A stretch of 64,000 nt of DNA from contig CALVYK010000003.1 in the NCBI GenBank assembly GCA_944372195.1, forward strand, positions 10,337-74,336, in the 5' to 3' direction. Position 1 is the stretch's first letter, and each line of letters begins with the position of its first letter. Made by a program: the position numbers and the translations under genes. The notes under the pieces are model-generated. The model made no database searches. It saw only the letters and a list, made by a program, of their open reading frames with translations, and was not told where the DNA came from. Source of the DNA: an uncultured Bacilli bacterium (lineage in GTDB: Bacteria > Bacillota_I > Bacilli_A > RF39 > UBA660). Below, one piece after another: positions 31,030-39,654 of this stretch.

Positions 31030-31896
31030 TTAGACAATTTTACTTGTTTTTATTAATCCAATTATTTTATCTTTATTTTCATCATATTGACCAAAATGAC
31101 TATCATATAAAGATGTACCTATTCTTATTAATTCTTCAACTTGATTATCACTTTCAGAAATATAATTATTTATTTTATTACCTATTTCTTTAATCAATTC
31201 TCTCTTTTTTGGAGGTAAAGTTAATTTTACTCTAACTTTACCTAAAGGTTTCATTTTTTTTACAAAATTTGCAACTTCATAACATACTGGAATTTGTCTA
31301 CCTTGTTTAGTAAACACATAATCAAAAGATAGATTAAATTCTTCTAAAATTAATAACATCATTTGCATTTTTATAGAAATATCAGAAGAACATAAATCAG
31401 GATTTTCACCATAAAATAAATAATATATTTCACATAATAATCTTTCACTATCGCTTAACTTTAACATAGTAACATCTTTTAATGCTTTAATTTGATCTAT
31501 TCTTCTAGAAAGCATACTTAAAATATTAGAATCTTTTGTATCACTATTGTATAATTTTAATTCTTTACCTATTTTATATATAAATTTATTATCTTTTTTT
31601 ACTTCTTCATATAAACATAACTGTTTATCAATGTACACAACTATCTTCTTATTTTCTCCTCTGAAAAAATGAATTTCTAGATAAGATTCATCAAAATCAT
31701 TGAAAATTGTTCTAAGCCATGCAACATTTCTAATCATATCATCACATGATTTTATTTTTTCAAAACATTGTTCAATTAATTTATCTAATTTATCATAATC
31801 AATATTTTCTTTTTTTTCATTTCCAGTAAAAACAAAATAGAAAACTTTATTATCATCTATAAATTTTTTTTCAATACTTTTATTGTTTTTTAACAT
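31030..31896 (-). CDS. Hypothetical protein, paralog A of a tandem pair
   Basis: 288 aa. It shares long identical blocks with the next gene (CDDMIRN, DFDESYLEIH, LFYGE.PD, QMMLLILEEF..SFDY). RBS aggggga. Confidence 0.7.
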   Translation of the reverse strand: MLKNNKSIEKKFIDDNKVFYFVFTGNEKKENIDYDKLDKLIEQCFEKIKSCDDMIRNVAWLRTIFNDFDESYLEIHFFRGENKKIVVYIDKQLCLYEEVKKDNKFIYKIGKELKLYNSDTKDSNILSMLSRRIDQIKALKDVTMLKLSDSERLLCEIYYLFYGENPDLCSSDISIKMQMMLLILEEFNLSFDYVFTKQGRQIPVCYEVANFVKKMKPLGKVRVKLTLPPKKRELIKEIGNKINNYISESDNQVEELIRIGTSLYDSHFGQYDENKDKIIGLIKTSKIV

Positions 31897-31930
31897 AATA
31901 TTCCCCCTGAAAGTAATTATAGCATATTTC

Positions 31931-32824
31931 TTAATTAAAATTTAATTTTTTTATTAAGCTAAGTATTTTAATATATTCTAATTCTTCTAATGATTGATTA
32001 CCATATGTACAATTTCTTTTTGTATATAAAATGGTTCCAAGTTTAATTAAAACTTTTAATGGTTCATCTTGATTATTTATATATTCATTTATATTATTTC
32101 CAACTAATTGAATAACTTTTTTGTTTTCTTCACTTAAATCAACATCATCTTCTATCTCACCAAATAATTTTATCTTATTTACAAATTCAGTAACCTCAAA
32201 TGACACTGGATACTCTCTTCTTCCTTTATTAAAATCATAATCAAAAGATATACCAAATTCTTCTAAAATTAATAACATCATTTGAAATTTTATATTTATA
32301 GAAGATGAGATAAAATCAGGTGTTTCTCCATAAAAAAGTTTATAAACTTGATATAATATCTTATCTTTATATGTTATTTTTAAACTATTAACACTTTCTA
32401 ATTTTTTTAAATATTTAATCTTATTTATTGAACAATCAATTATTCCAGAAGTATAAGGATCAAAATTATTGTCAAAATAACTAATTCCTTTACCTATTGT
32501 ATATCTTATATTTACACCTTTTTCATTTGTCTCTTCATATCTAAATAATAATTTATTAACATATAAAATAATTATTTTATTTTCTCCTTCTACTAAATGA
32601 ATTTCCAAATAAGACTCATCAAAATCTTTAAAAATTGTTCTAATGCGAGAAATATTTCTTATCATATCATCACAATATTGGAAATTTTGAAAACTTTGAT
32701 CTATTATTTGATTTAACTTTTCATAGTCAATATTTTGCTTTTTTTCACTTCCAGAAAAAATAAAATATAATAAATTATCCTTATTAAAAAAAGTCTTTTC
32801 GATTCTTTTATCATTTACTAACAT
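31931..32824 (-). CDS. Hypothetical protein, paralog B of a tandem pair
   Basis: Start moved to the ATG at 32824 (GGAGGATGTAGT ATG). 297 aa, collinear with paralog A over its full length. Confidence 0.7.
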   Translation of the reverse strand: MLVNDKRIEKTFFNKDNLLYFIFSGSEKKQNIDYEKLNQIIDQSFQNFQYCDDMIRNISRIRTIFKDFDESYLEIHLVEGENKIIILYVNKLLFRYEETNEKGVNIRYTIGKGISYFDNNFDPYTSGIIDCSINKIKYLKKLESVNSLKITYKDKILYQVYKLFYGETPDFISSSINIKFQMMLLILEEFGISFDYDFNKGRREYPVSFEVTEFVNKIKLFGEIEDDVDLSEENKKVIQLVGNNINEYINNQDEPLKVLIKLGTILYTKRNCTYGNQSLEELEYIKILSLIKKLNFN

Positions 32825-32944
32825 ACTACATCCTCCGATAATAATTATAACACAATTAAAAAAATTTGCCTCTAAATTATTATAATAATTCAATATTTTT
32901 AAATATGTGATATAATAGTTGTCACGTTGAAGGGGGAAATAATT

Positions 32945-34303
32945 GTGCCAAACTTAAAAGTAGGATATTTGTTTAAAAAGAAATACATAACTTATCAAGA
33001 TAAAAAATATGAAATTTTTGAATTTGTTGATTATGCTGCTGCTATTAGTTTTAGAAATACACAACACAATTTTATATGCAACATAATAAGCGGAAATAAA
33101 GCTGGAATGTATGCAAGTATTATTAACGAAAACGCTAACGAAGGAGAATATGTATTTTTAATAGATGATATTGATAATGCTATAAAAGATAATGAAAATT
33201 CTGTAGATTTTGTTACAATTCGAAAAAAACGAATTCAATCAACTGCAAAATATTATTTAAGAAATAATGGTACCGGACTAACAAGATTATTAAATGAAGA
33301 TCTAATATCATATATAGAAAATGGCAATAAAAGTCAAGCAGAATTTGATGAAGATGTATTTGAAAAAACTACTGATATATCATCAATGTATGCATCAATC
33401 AAAAAAACAATAATTTCACAAGATGAACAAATAATGCAAATATTGACAGCACTATTCAAAAATCAAAAAGTAGTAGACTCAGGTTTGGATATGGACTTAA
33501 TTGCTAAATTAAAAGAAAATATTTTAATTTTTGGTTCTACAGGTACAGGTAAAACAGAAATATTAAAAAGAATTTCTAAATTATATAAAATTCCTATTGT
33601 AATTGAAGATGCTACATCTCTTTCTGAAACTGGATATCAAGGAAGAAAAATTACTGACATGCTTGAAGATTTGTGTTTAGCAGCAAATGGAGACATTGAT
33701 TTAGCTGAAAAAGGAATTTTAGTTATTGATGAATTTGATAAACTTGCAGAAAAATCAAGCGATAGTCAATCTCATGTTTCCAGATTAGGAGTGCAAAGGT
33801 CTTTATTAAAATTACTTGATGGTTGTTTATTCTATTTTGGTGATAAAAAATTTGATACATCTAAACTAACAATAGTAGGACTCGGAGCTTTTACAGGAAT
33901 AACTAAGGGGGATGATTATTCTCACCTTACAACAGATAATTTTATAGAATATGGAATTATGAGAGAATTAATTGGAAGATTCTCAAAAACAATTCCTATG
34001 AATCCTTTAAAAAAAGAAGATATAATTAAAATATTAAAAGAATCTGATTTTAGTCCAATAAATACATATAAAAAATTATTTGAAATATTAGAAGTAGATT
34101 TTGAATTCACTGATGATTTTATAGATTATATCGCGGAACTAGCAATTTCAAAACAAAGTGGCGCTCGAAGTTTAAAAACTGTTTTTGACAATTGTATTAG
34201 TAGCGCTTTATTTAGAATTTTTGCTGGAGAATATTCTAGTATCTCTTTAATAAAGCCTGATGACGAAAATGATAAACCTTATGTTTTAACAAAAACAAAA
34301 TAA
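32945..34303 (+). CDS. ClpX-like AAA+ ATPase without zinc-finger N-domain and without IGF/ClpP-docking loop
   Basis: A GTG start at 32945 lies 7 nt after AAGGGGGA. Motifs: Walker A GSTGTGKTEI, pore-loop region ETGYQGRK, Walker B ILVIDEFDKL, LLKLLDG, ELIGRF box, sensor-2 GARSLK. The N-terminal 190 aa have no CxxC pairs. A possible promoter is TTCAAT-16-TATAAT at 32889-32916. Confidence 0.8.
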   Translation: MPNLKVGYLFKKKYITYQDKKYEIFEFVDYAAAISFRNTQHNFICNIISGNKAGMYASIINENANEGEYVFLIDDIDNAIKDNENSVDFVTIRKKRIQSTAKYYLRNNGTGLTRLLNEDLISYIENGNKSQAEFDEDVFEKTTDISSMYASIKKTIISQDEQIMQILTALFKNQKVVDSGLDMDLIAKLKENILIFGSTGTGKTEILKRISKLYKIPIVIEDATSLSETGYQGRKITDMLEDLCLAANGDIDLAEKGILVIDEFDKLAEKSSDSQSHVSRLGVQRSLLKLLDGCLFYFGDKKFDTSKLTIVGLGAFTGITKGDDYSHLTTDNFIEYGIMRELIGRFSKTIPMNPLKKEDIIKILKESDFSPINTYKKLFEILEVDFEFTDDFIDYIAELAISKQSGARSLKTVFDNCISSALFRIFAGEYSSISLIKPDDENDKPYVLTKTK

Positions 34304-34388
34304 ACAAAACATGATTTATTAAAAAAAAATCAACTTAAATTAAGTTGCTTTTATATAAAAGTTCGAATAATTCAAACTGATTTGTCAA

Positions 34389-34474
34389 TGGTGCTTGTGG
34401 TGGGAATCGAACCCACATGACCAAAAGCCACACGATTTTGAGTCGTGCGCGTCTACCAGTTCCGCCACACAAGC
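34389..34474 (-). tRNA. tRNA-Leu (anticodon CAA), class II with long variable arm, CCA encoded
   Basis: The reverse complement reads GCTTGTG-TG-GCGGAACTGGTAGACGC-G-CACGA CT CAA AA TCGTG-TGGCTTTTGGTCAT-GTGGG TTCGATT CCCAC-CACAAGC-A-CCA. All four stems pair. An extended -10 (TGaTATAAT) lies about 10 nt upstream on the minus strand. Confidence 0.9.
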
Positions 34475-34518
34475 AATTAATAAGATTATATCACATAATC
34501 TTATTTTTTTAAATACTT

Positions 34519-35079
34519 TTATAAATTATCTTCATTATATTTTGAATTATATAGTTCCTTTACACTGTCATCTTTTGTTATTTCAATACTTGGTAAATCT
34601 TTAATAGACTTTAATCCAAAATAATCTAAAAATAAAGGTGTTGTACCATATAAAACAGGTCTACCAGCAGCTTCACTTCTTCCTACTTCGCATATTAAAT
34701 TCTTATACACTAATTTTCTTATTAAATAAGCACTACTAACACCTCTTATTTCATCAACCATTAATCTTGTAACAGGTTGATTATATGCAATAATAGCAAG
34801 AGTTTCTAAAGCTGATTCTGTTAAATGTTCATCATCTTTAAAATCAACTAATTTTTGTAAATATTCTTTATTTTCTCTTTTAGTTATTAATTTTAGTCTA
34901 TTACTTAATATAGTTAATTCAATCCCTCTATCAGCATTTTGATAATTATCAATTAATTTATCTGTTATTTGAGTTAAAGTTGCATCATCTATTTCTAATA
35001 TTTTTTTTACTTCATCTAAGCTTAACCCTTCATCACCTACTACAAATAACAAACTTTCTAAAACTGAAACCAAATTCAT
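34519..35079 (-). CDS. scpB: Segregation and condensation protein B
   Basis: 186 aa. The N-terminus is LESLLFVVGDEGLSLDEV, the winged-helix pair is present, and it abuts scpA. Confidence 0.9.
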   Translation of the reverse strand: MNLVSVLESLLFVVGDEGLSLDEVKKILEIDDATLTQITDKLIDNYQNADRGIELTILSNRLKLITKRENKEYLQKLVDFKDDEHLTESALETLAIIAYNQPVTRLMVDEIRGVSSAYLIRKLVYKNLICEVGRSEAAGRPVLYGTTPLFLDYFGLKSIKDLPSIEITKDDSVKELYNSKYNEDNL

Positions 35080-35792
35080 TATGACACCTCACACAACACA
35101 ATATCTTCAAAATTATTTTCTTGAATTAATTTAATATCATTATTTTTAGCCAAAACTAAAATAGATAAAAATGTTACAATTATATAACTTTTAGTATTAA
35201 TATTAAATAATTCTTTAAAGTTAACACGTTTTTTTGTTTTAATTATATCTTTTATTTCTTTACTTCTTTTTGTAATTGAATATTCTTTACTAGTTATTTT
35301 AGTATTCAAAGGTTTATTATCTTCTTTTTTTTGTAGAAATTTTTCAAATGCTTTTAATAAATCAGATAAATCAACATCATCATTTAATTTAGTTTCAATG
35401 TCATATTCACTTATATCACTGGCTTTTTTAGTGTAATATTGTTGTCTTTCTTGTTCCAAATCATGAAACTTAGATATAACATCCTTATAATTTTGATATT
35501 CAATTAATCTTTGTATTAACTTTTCTTTTGGATCTTCTTCATATTCATCATCATCTATTTCAGGTTTAGGCAACAATAAAGAAGCCTTCATTTCAATTAA
35601 TTCTGCTGCCATAACCAAATACGAACTAGCTACATTTAAGTTTAATTCTTCCATTTTATTAATGTAATCTAAATATTGATTAGTTATTTCTTCTATTTTT
35701 ATATCATAAATATCAATATTAGATTGTTTAATTAAGTGAAGTAATAAATCTAATGGTCCAGAAAATTTATCAATTGTAAAACAATAATCCAT
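35079..35792 (-). CDS. scpA: Segregation and condensation protein A (kleisin)
   Basis: 237 aa. The N-terminus is FSGPLDLLLHLIKQSNIDIYDIKIEEIT. GGAGG RBS. Confidence 0.9.
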   Translation of the reverse strand: MDYCFTIDKFSGPLDLLLHLIKQSNIDIYDIKIEEITNQYLDYINKMEELNLNVASSYLVMAAELIEMKASLLLPKPEIDDDEYEEDPKEKLIQRLIEYQNYKDVISKFHDLEQERQQYYTKKASDISEYDIETKLNDDVDLSDLLKAFEKFLQKKEDNKPLNTKITSKEYSITKRSKEIKDIIKTKKRVNFKELFNINTKSYIIVTFLSILVLAKNNDIKLIQENNFEDIVLCEVS

Positions 35793-35845
35793 TTTTATTA
35801 CCTCCTTAATAAATTATAACAAAAAAAGATAAAAAAATCTATTAT

Positions 35846-36457
35846 TTATCTTTTAATTAAAGTCATTTTTAATACTTTATATATTTTAATATAAACATTT
35901 TCAAAATTATGATCTAATTCATAGTATATATCTTTTAAAATATTATCACTTTTCTTGTTAAAACATTCTAAATATAAAAAATTCAATTTATCAATATCGT
36001 TAATTTTTTTTAATTGATTATAGATAAATTTTTTAATATACTGTTGATTTCTAGTTTGTAAGTAATCTATCTTTTTTTCACATATTATCTGATATTTAAT
36101 ATCACTTACTTTCAAATTTGAGCTAAAATCTATCACTTCTGTTTCTTCATCTAAAAATAATTGACTATATTTTATTTTATTATGTTCAACCTTAAATGCT
36201 ATTACCATTTTACCATCCGTTGCTAAAAAAGCATAATCTATTACTTTTTTATTGTATAGTTCAGTTCGTTTGAAGATTTTAACTAAAAATTCATCATCAA
36301 TTTTTACTTTTTTGTTTACTAAATTAGATAAGTCTAACGTTTTTAATTTAACAAGTGGAATTTTTCTTATATGAAATATTTTATCATCATTATTCCATTC
36401 AAAAATATCATAGGGAATATCATTAAAGTTTAGTAAAATATCGTATATGTAATTCAT
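35846..36457 (-). CDS. Hypothetical protein upstream of scpA
   Basis: 203 aa with a strong RBS (AAGGAGGATAATA ATG) and no recognisable motif. Confidence 0.6.
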   Translation of the reverse strand: MNYIYDILLNFNDIPYDIFEWNNDDKIFHIRKIPLVKLKTLDLSNLVNKKVKIDDEFLVKIFKRTELYNKKVIDYAFLATDGKMVIAFKVEHNKIKYSQLFLDEETEVIDFSSNLKVSDIKYQIICEKKIDYLQTRNQQYIKKFIYNQLKKINDIDKLNFLYLECFNKKSDNILKDIYYELDHNFENVYIKIYKVLKMTLIKR

Positions 36458-36656
36458 TATTATCCTCCTTAGGTATACTAAAATATATTAAAATTAATCC
36501 TATTATAGATACTAAACATTCAGGTCTTCTAATAATAAATTTAACATAATCAAAAAAATTATACCCTATTGTTGTTAAATTGAGATAAATTATAATATAG
36601 ATACAACCAATTAAAGTTAAACCAAAGCCAACTAAAAAAAAGAAAAATCGTGTCAT
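36423..36656 (-). CDS. Small membrane protein (hypothetical)
   Basis: 77 aa with two TM segments. Its 3' end overlaps the next gene by 35 nt. Confidence 0.45.
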   Translation of the reverse strand: MTRFFFFLVGFGLTLIGCIYIIIYLNLTTIGYNFFDYVKFIIRRPECLVSIIGLILIYFSIPKEDNNELHIRYFTKL

Positions 36657-36702
36657 TATCTCACCTATTAAAATGTATGAAAAAAAGTTCTAAATATAGA
36701 AC

Positions 36703-38628
36703 TTAATTTAAAATACTATACTTGAAGTAATCTTTTTTCAACGTATTATCACTAGCTGTAAATTTATTACTTACTATTTTATTTATTTTTTTAATATAAT
36801 CTTCTCCTAATGTACTATCTTTAAGTTTATAATCATTTTTACCAGCAAAATAAATGGCTTTATCAGTTACCCAACTTCCTGTTGGAAAAATAACAACTGT
36901 CTCTTCATCAGAAAATAAATCTTTACCCATATAATATCTAGGATCATAATTTAAATCAAAAAGGTTAGCTAAAGTCGGTAGTATATCAAATGTACTAGCT
37001 GTCTTAGATATTGTTTGAGGTTTCATTTCACTATTATAGATTATAAAAGGCATTAGATCTTCATTTAAATCTTCATATCTATCTACATTTGAAAAATCAT
37101 TTAAATAATCAAAATCAAGATTATATGGATGATGATCACCAAATATAGCAATAACCGTATCTTCCAATTTGCCATCTTTTTCTAAACTATCTAATAAATA
37201 TTCTAAGCTTAAGTCGAATTCAATGGCTTTAGCTAAATATCTTTTCATAGAAACACCAGTATCTAAATTTTTTACTTTATCCCAATTTTTTCTTGTAGTT
37301 GCATCATCAAAATCATATGAAAAATGCATAGAAACTGTTATTACAAAACTAAAAAATTTATCATTTTGACTAAACATCGGATATATTTTTTCCATTAATT
37401 TTAAGTCACTAGTCCATCCACCATTAGTACTGAAACCTAAAGTATCTGAATTATAAAAAGTAGATCCCATATTTTTGTGTAATTTCGTTCTTGGATAATA
37501 ATTATCGTTCCAACCATGATAAGAAGTAGAAGTATATCCAGCATCATTAAATAAATTGAATATGCTAGAACTATAATTATTATCTACATAAGTATGAGGG
37601 GTACAAGTTGTATTGCTAGGAATAATCGAAGTTAAAGCAATAAATTCTGATTCTCCAGTTGTACAACTATATTTAGGAGCATAATAATTATTAAAATACC
37701 ATCCTTCTTGCGTTAGTTTATATAAAGTAGGAGTCAAATTTTTATCAATAGCTGCCATATCTAAAGCTTCTACCATTATTAAAATTAAATTTTTATCTTT
37801 AAACAAACCTGTATACTCGTTTTTATCTGTTATGGATTGGCTCATATAATATTCATGCAAATTTTTTATAATTTTATCGTTTTCATTGTTCATTAATTCG
37901 ATCCATTTTGTATCATCAATGTGCCTAGTGTAATCTGTGACTTCTTCTATTTCATCATTTTCTTCCTCTTCTATTTCAATTATTGTATCTGTTTCGTTAG
38001 CATTTATAAAATAAACTAAATCTCTAATAAAAAACCTTACACTTCCAAATTCTTTTAACCCAACTTCAATCAACGTTGGACTTTTATATAATTCCTTATT
38101 TAATTTCAACTGATTATCGGGCGTTATATTTAAAGTTAATAGTGATATTATGTGAAGTACAATTATAGAAATAAAAATAAATAATCTTTTTAACCAACTA
38201 TTTTTTTCATATATAAACCACTTTTTCTTCCAAATAAATAAAATGATTAAAATTATTAAAGGCAAAAAACATAAATAATATTCTAATTTAATACTTGCTA
38301 TAAATGTTGGGACCTCTTTACTAATTCTATCAGTTTCACCTGCTCCCAACATACTTAAAGACATGTAATTTCCCATAAAATTTTTAAAACTTAATTGTAA
38401 TAAAGTATATAACCCAAATAAAAACAAACTAATACAACTCAATATTTTACAAACTAAAGGCTTAAAAAATGTAAAAACTAAAGTTAAAAATCCAGTGAAT
38501 ACAAGTGTAAATATTATTATTCTAAATAATTCAAAATCAAAAACATTAAATGAAATTATTTTAAATAATATTTCGATAAATAAAAGGCCAATAAAGTTTA
38601 CTATTAAAAATTTAAAAAAATACTTCAT
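36703..38628 (-). CDS. LTA synthase-family sulfatase-fold enzyme (LtaS-like phosphoglycerol transferase)
   Basis: Start moved to the ATG at 38628 (GGAG 8 nt upstream). Five N-terminal TM segments are followed by an extracellular domain with LILIMVEALD, CTTGESEFIALTS and FGDHHP. Confidence 0.8.
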   Translation of the reverse strand: MKYFFKFLIVNFIGLLFIEILFKIISFNVFDFELFRIIIFTLVFTGFLTLVFTFFKPLVCKILSCISLFLFGLYTLLQLSFKNFMGNYMSLSMLGAGETDRISKEVPTFIASIKLEYYLCFLPLIILIILFIWKKKWFIYEKNSWLKRLFIFISIIVLHIISLLTLNITPDNQLKLNKELYKSPTLIEVGLKEFGSVRFFIRDLVYFINANETDTIIEIEEEENDEIEEVTDYTRHIDDTKWIELMNNENDKIIKNLHEYYMSQSITDKNEYTGLFKDKNLILIMVEALDMAAIDKNLTPTLYKLTQEGWYFNNYYAPKYSCTTGESEFIALTSIIPSNTTCTPHTYVDNNYSSSIFNLFNDAGYTSTSYHGWNDNYYPRTKLHKNMGSTFYNSDTLGFSTNGGWTSDLKLMEKIYPMFSQNDKFFSFVITVSMHFSYDFDDATTRKNWDKVKNLDTGVSMKRYLAKAIEFDLSLEYLLDSLEKDGKLEDTVIAIFGDHHPYNLDFDYLNDFSNVDRYEDLNEDLMPFIIYNSEMKPQTISKTASTFDILPTLANLFDLNYDPRYYMGKDLFSDEETVVIFPTGSWVTDKAIYFAGKNDYKLKDSTLGEDYIKKINKIVSNKFTASDNTLKKDYFKYSILN

Positions 38629-38675
38629 AATATCCACTCCAATTATATTATATAACTTAAAAATATATTTGACAA

Positions 38676-38731
38676 TATCTAAAAATAATGTAAAATATAA
38701 TTGTATCTAAAAATAATGTAAAATATAATTG
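38676..38731 (+). repeat. Perfect 28-bp tandem duplication in the promoter/leader of the RNHCP gene
   Basis: TATCTAAAAATAATGTAAAATATAATTG occurs twice back to back (38676-38703 and 38704-38731). A -35 TTGACA lies at 38669-38674, and 16 nt downstream is TAAAAT (38691-38696) inside copy 1, so the -10-like box is duplicated. Confidence 0.85.
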
Positions 38732-38738
38732 GTGATTT

Positions 38739-39044
38739 ATGAAAAGATTTAATATGATTGATGAAGAATTTATTTGTGAACACTGTGGAAAAAAAGTATC
38801 AAAATTGAATTATACAGCTAGAGATCATTGTCCATCTTGCTTATATTCGAAACATGTCGATATCTTGCCAGGTGATAGAGAAAATAAATGCTGTGGATTA
38901 TTGATTCCCATAGATATAGAAAAATTTAAAGATACATATAAGATAGTATACAAGTGTGAAAAATGTAACGAACTACATAAAAACATTATTGCTAATGATG
39001 ATGATTTCGATGAAATATTAAAAATAATGCAAAATAAAACCTAG
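38739..39044 (+). CDS. RNHCP-domain zinc-ribbon protein
   Basis: 101 aa. It contains FICEHCGKKV...YTARDHCPSCLYSKHVD plus a second Cys pair CEKCNE. RBS ggtga. Confidence 0.65.
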   Translation: MKRFNMIDEEFICEHCGKKVSKLNYTARDHCPSCLYSKHVDILPGDRENKCCGLLIPIDIEKFKDTYKIVYKCEKCNELHKNIIANDDDFDEILKIMQNKT

Positions 39045-39063
39045 ATTTTCTAGGTTCTTTTTT
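39038..39063 (+). terminator. Intrinsic terminator
   Basis: AACCTAGA ttt TCTAGGTT followed by CTTTTTT. It abuts the stop of the convergent gene at 39062. Confidence 0.55.
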
Positions 39064-39595
39064 AAAATTTCCAAATATCTTCATCTTCGGCAACAGGTTG
39101 AATATTGTTTTCTTTAGTATCATCTTCTAATTTTGCTGGTTCGACATTTTTTAATTCAGTATTTTCAACAACTTCATTAGTTTGAGGTATTACTTCACTT
39201 ACATTGTCTGTTAAAGGTGCAAACAAAGATTGATCAATATTTTCATTGTTAATCTGATTATCTTTTTGTGGCTCAGTTATTTTTAATTCGTTAGCATCTG
39301 GTTTGCTATTTTCATTTTCTGTTTGTATTGGTTTATCAACTTCTTTAACCTTTTCTTTATTGGTTTCACTTTCTTTAGTTAATTCAGTATTTTCTTTTAC
39401 TTCAGTTTTATCTTTTTCATTTTTTTGTTTTATTTTCTTTTCTTTTTTCTGCTTTTTATCCTTCTTTTCCTCTTTTGCATTTTCATTAACTTTGCGACCA
39501 AAATCAGTCTTATCAGCTATATAGCCTATTATTGCCATCAAAATTATAATACCTGCTACAATAAACCAAACGAAATTGTTAGAAATAAAATCCAT
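39062..39595 (-). CDS. Membrane-anchored, highly charged Lys/Glu-rich protein (hypothetical)
   Basis: N-terminal TM FVWFIVAGIIILMAIIGYI, then KEEKKDKKQKKEKKIKQKNEKDK low complexity, ending in EDEDIWKF. GGAGG RBS. Confidence 0.6.
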   Translation of the reverse strand: MDFISNNFVWFIVAGIIILMAIIGYIADKTDFGRKVNENAKEEKKDKKQKKEKKIKQKNEKDKTEVKENTELTKESETNKEKVKEVDKPIQTENENSKPDANELKITEPQKDNQINNENIDQSLFAPLTDNVSEVIPQTNEVVENTELKNVEPAKLEDDTKENNIQPVAEDEDIWKF

Positions 39596-39654
39596 ATTTA
39601 ACTCCTCCTTATTCTCATATTAATATTACCATTTTTTTTACATTTTTGCAATAG

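Noticed and set aside
31030-34518. Possibility that the paralog/AAA+ module is a tRNA-integrated island or prophage remnant.
   Set aside because: No integrase, recombinase, phage structural gene or transposase is present. By eye I could not find a direct repeat of the tRNA-Leu 3' end that would mark an attachment site. The accessory nature is therefore kept only as a hypothesis inside the finding. A computational repeat search and synteny comparison would be needed.
34395-34604. 69-aa plus-strand ORF.
   Set aside because: Its first 80 nt are the antisense of tRNA-Leu(CAA) and its end overlaps scpB, so it is a chance ORF.
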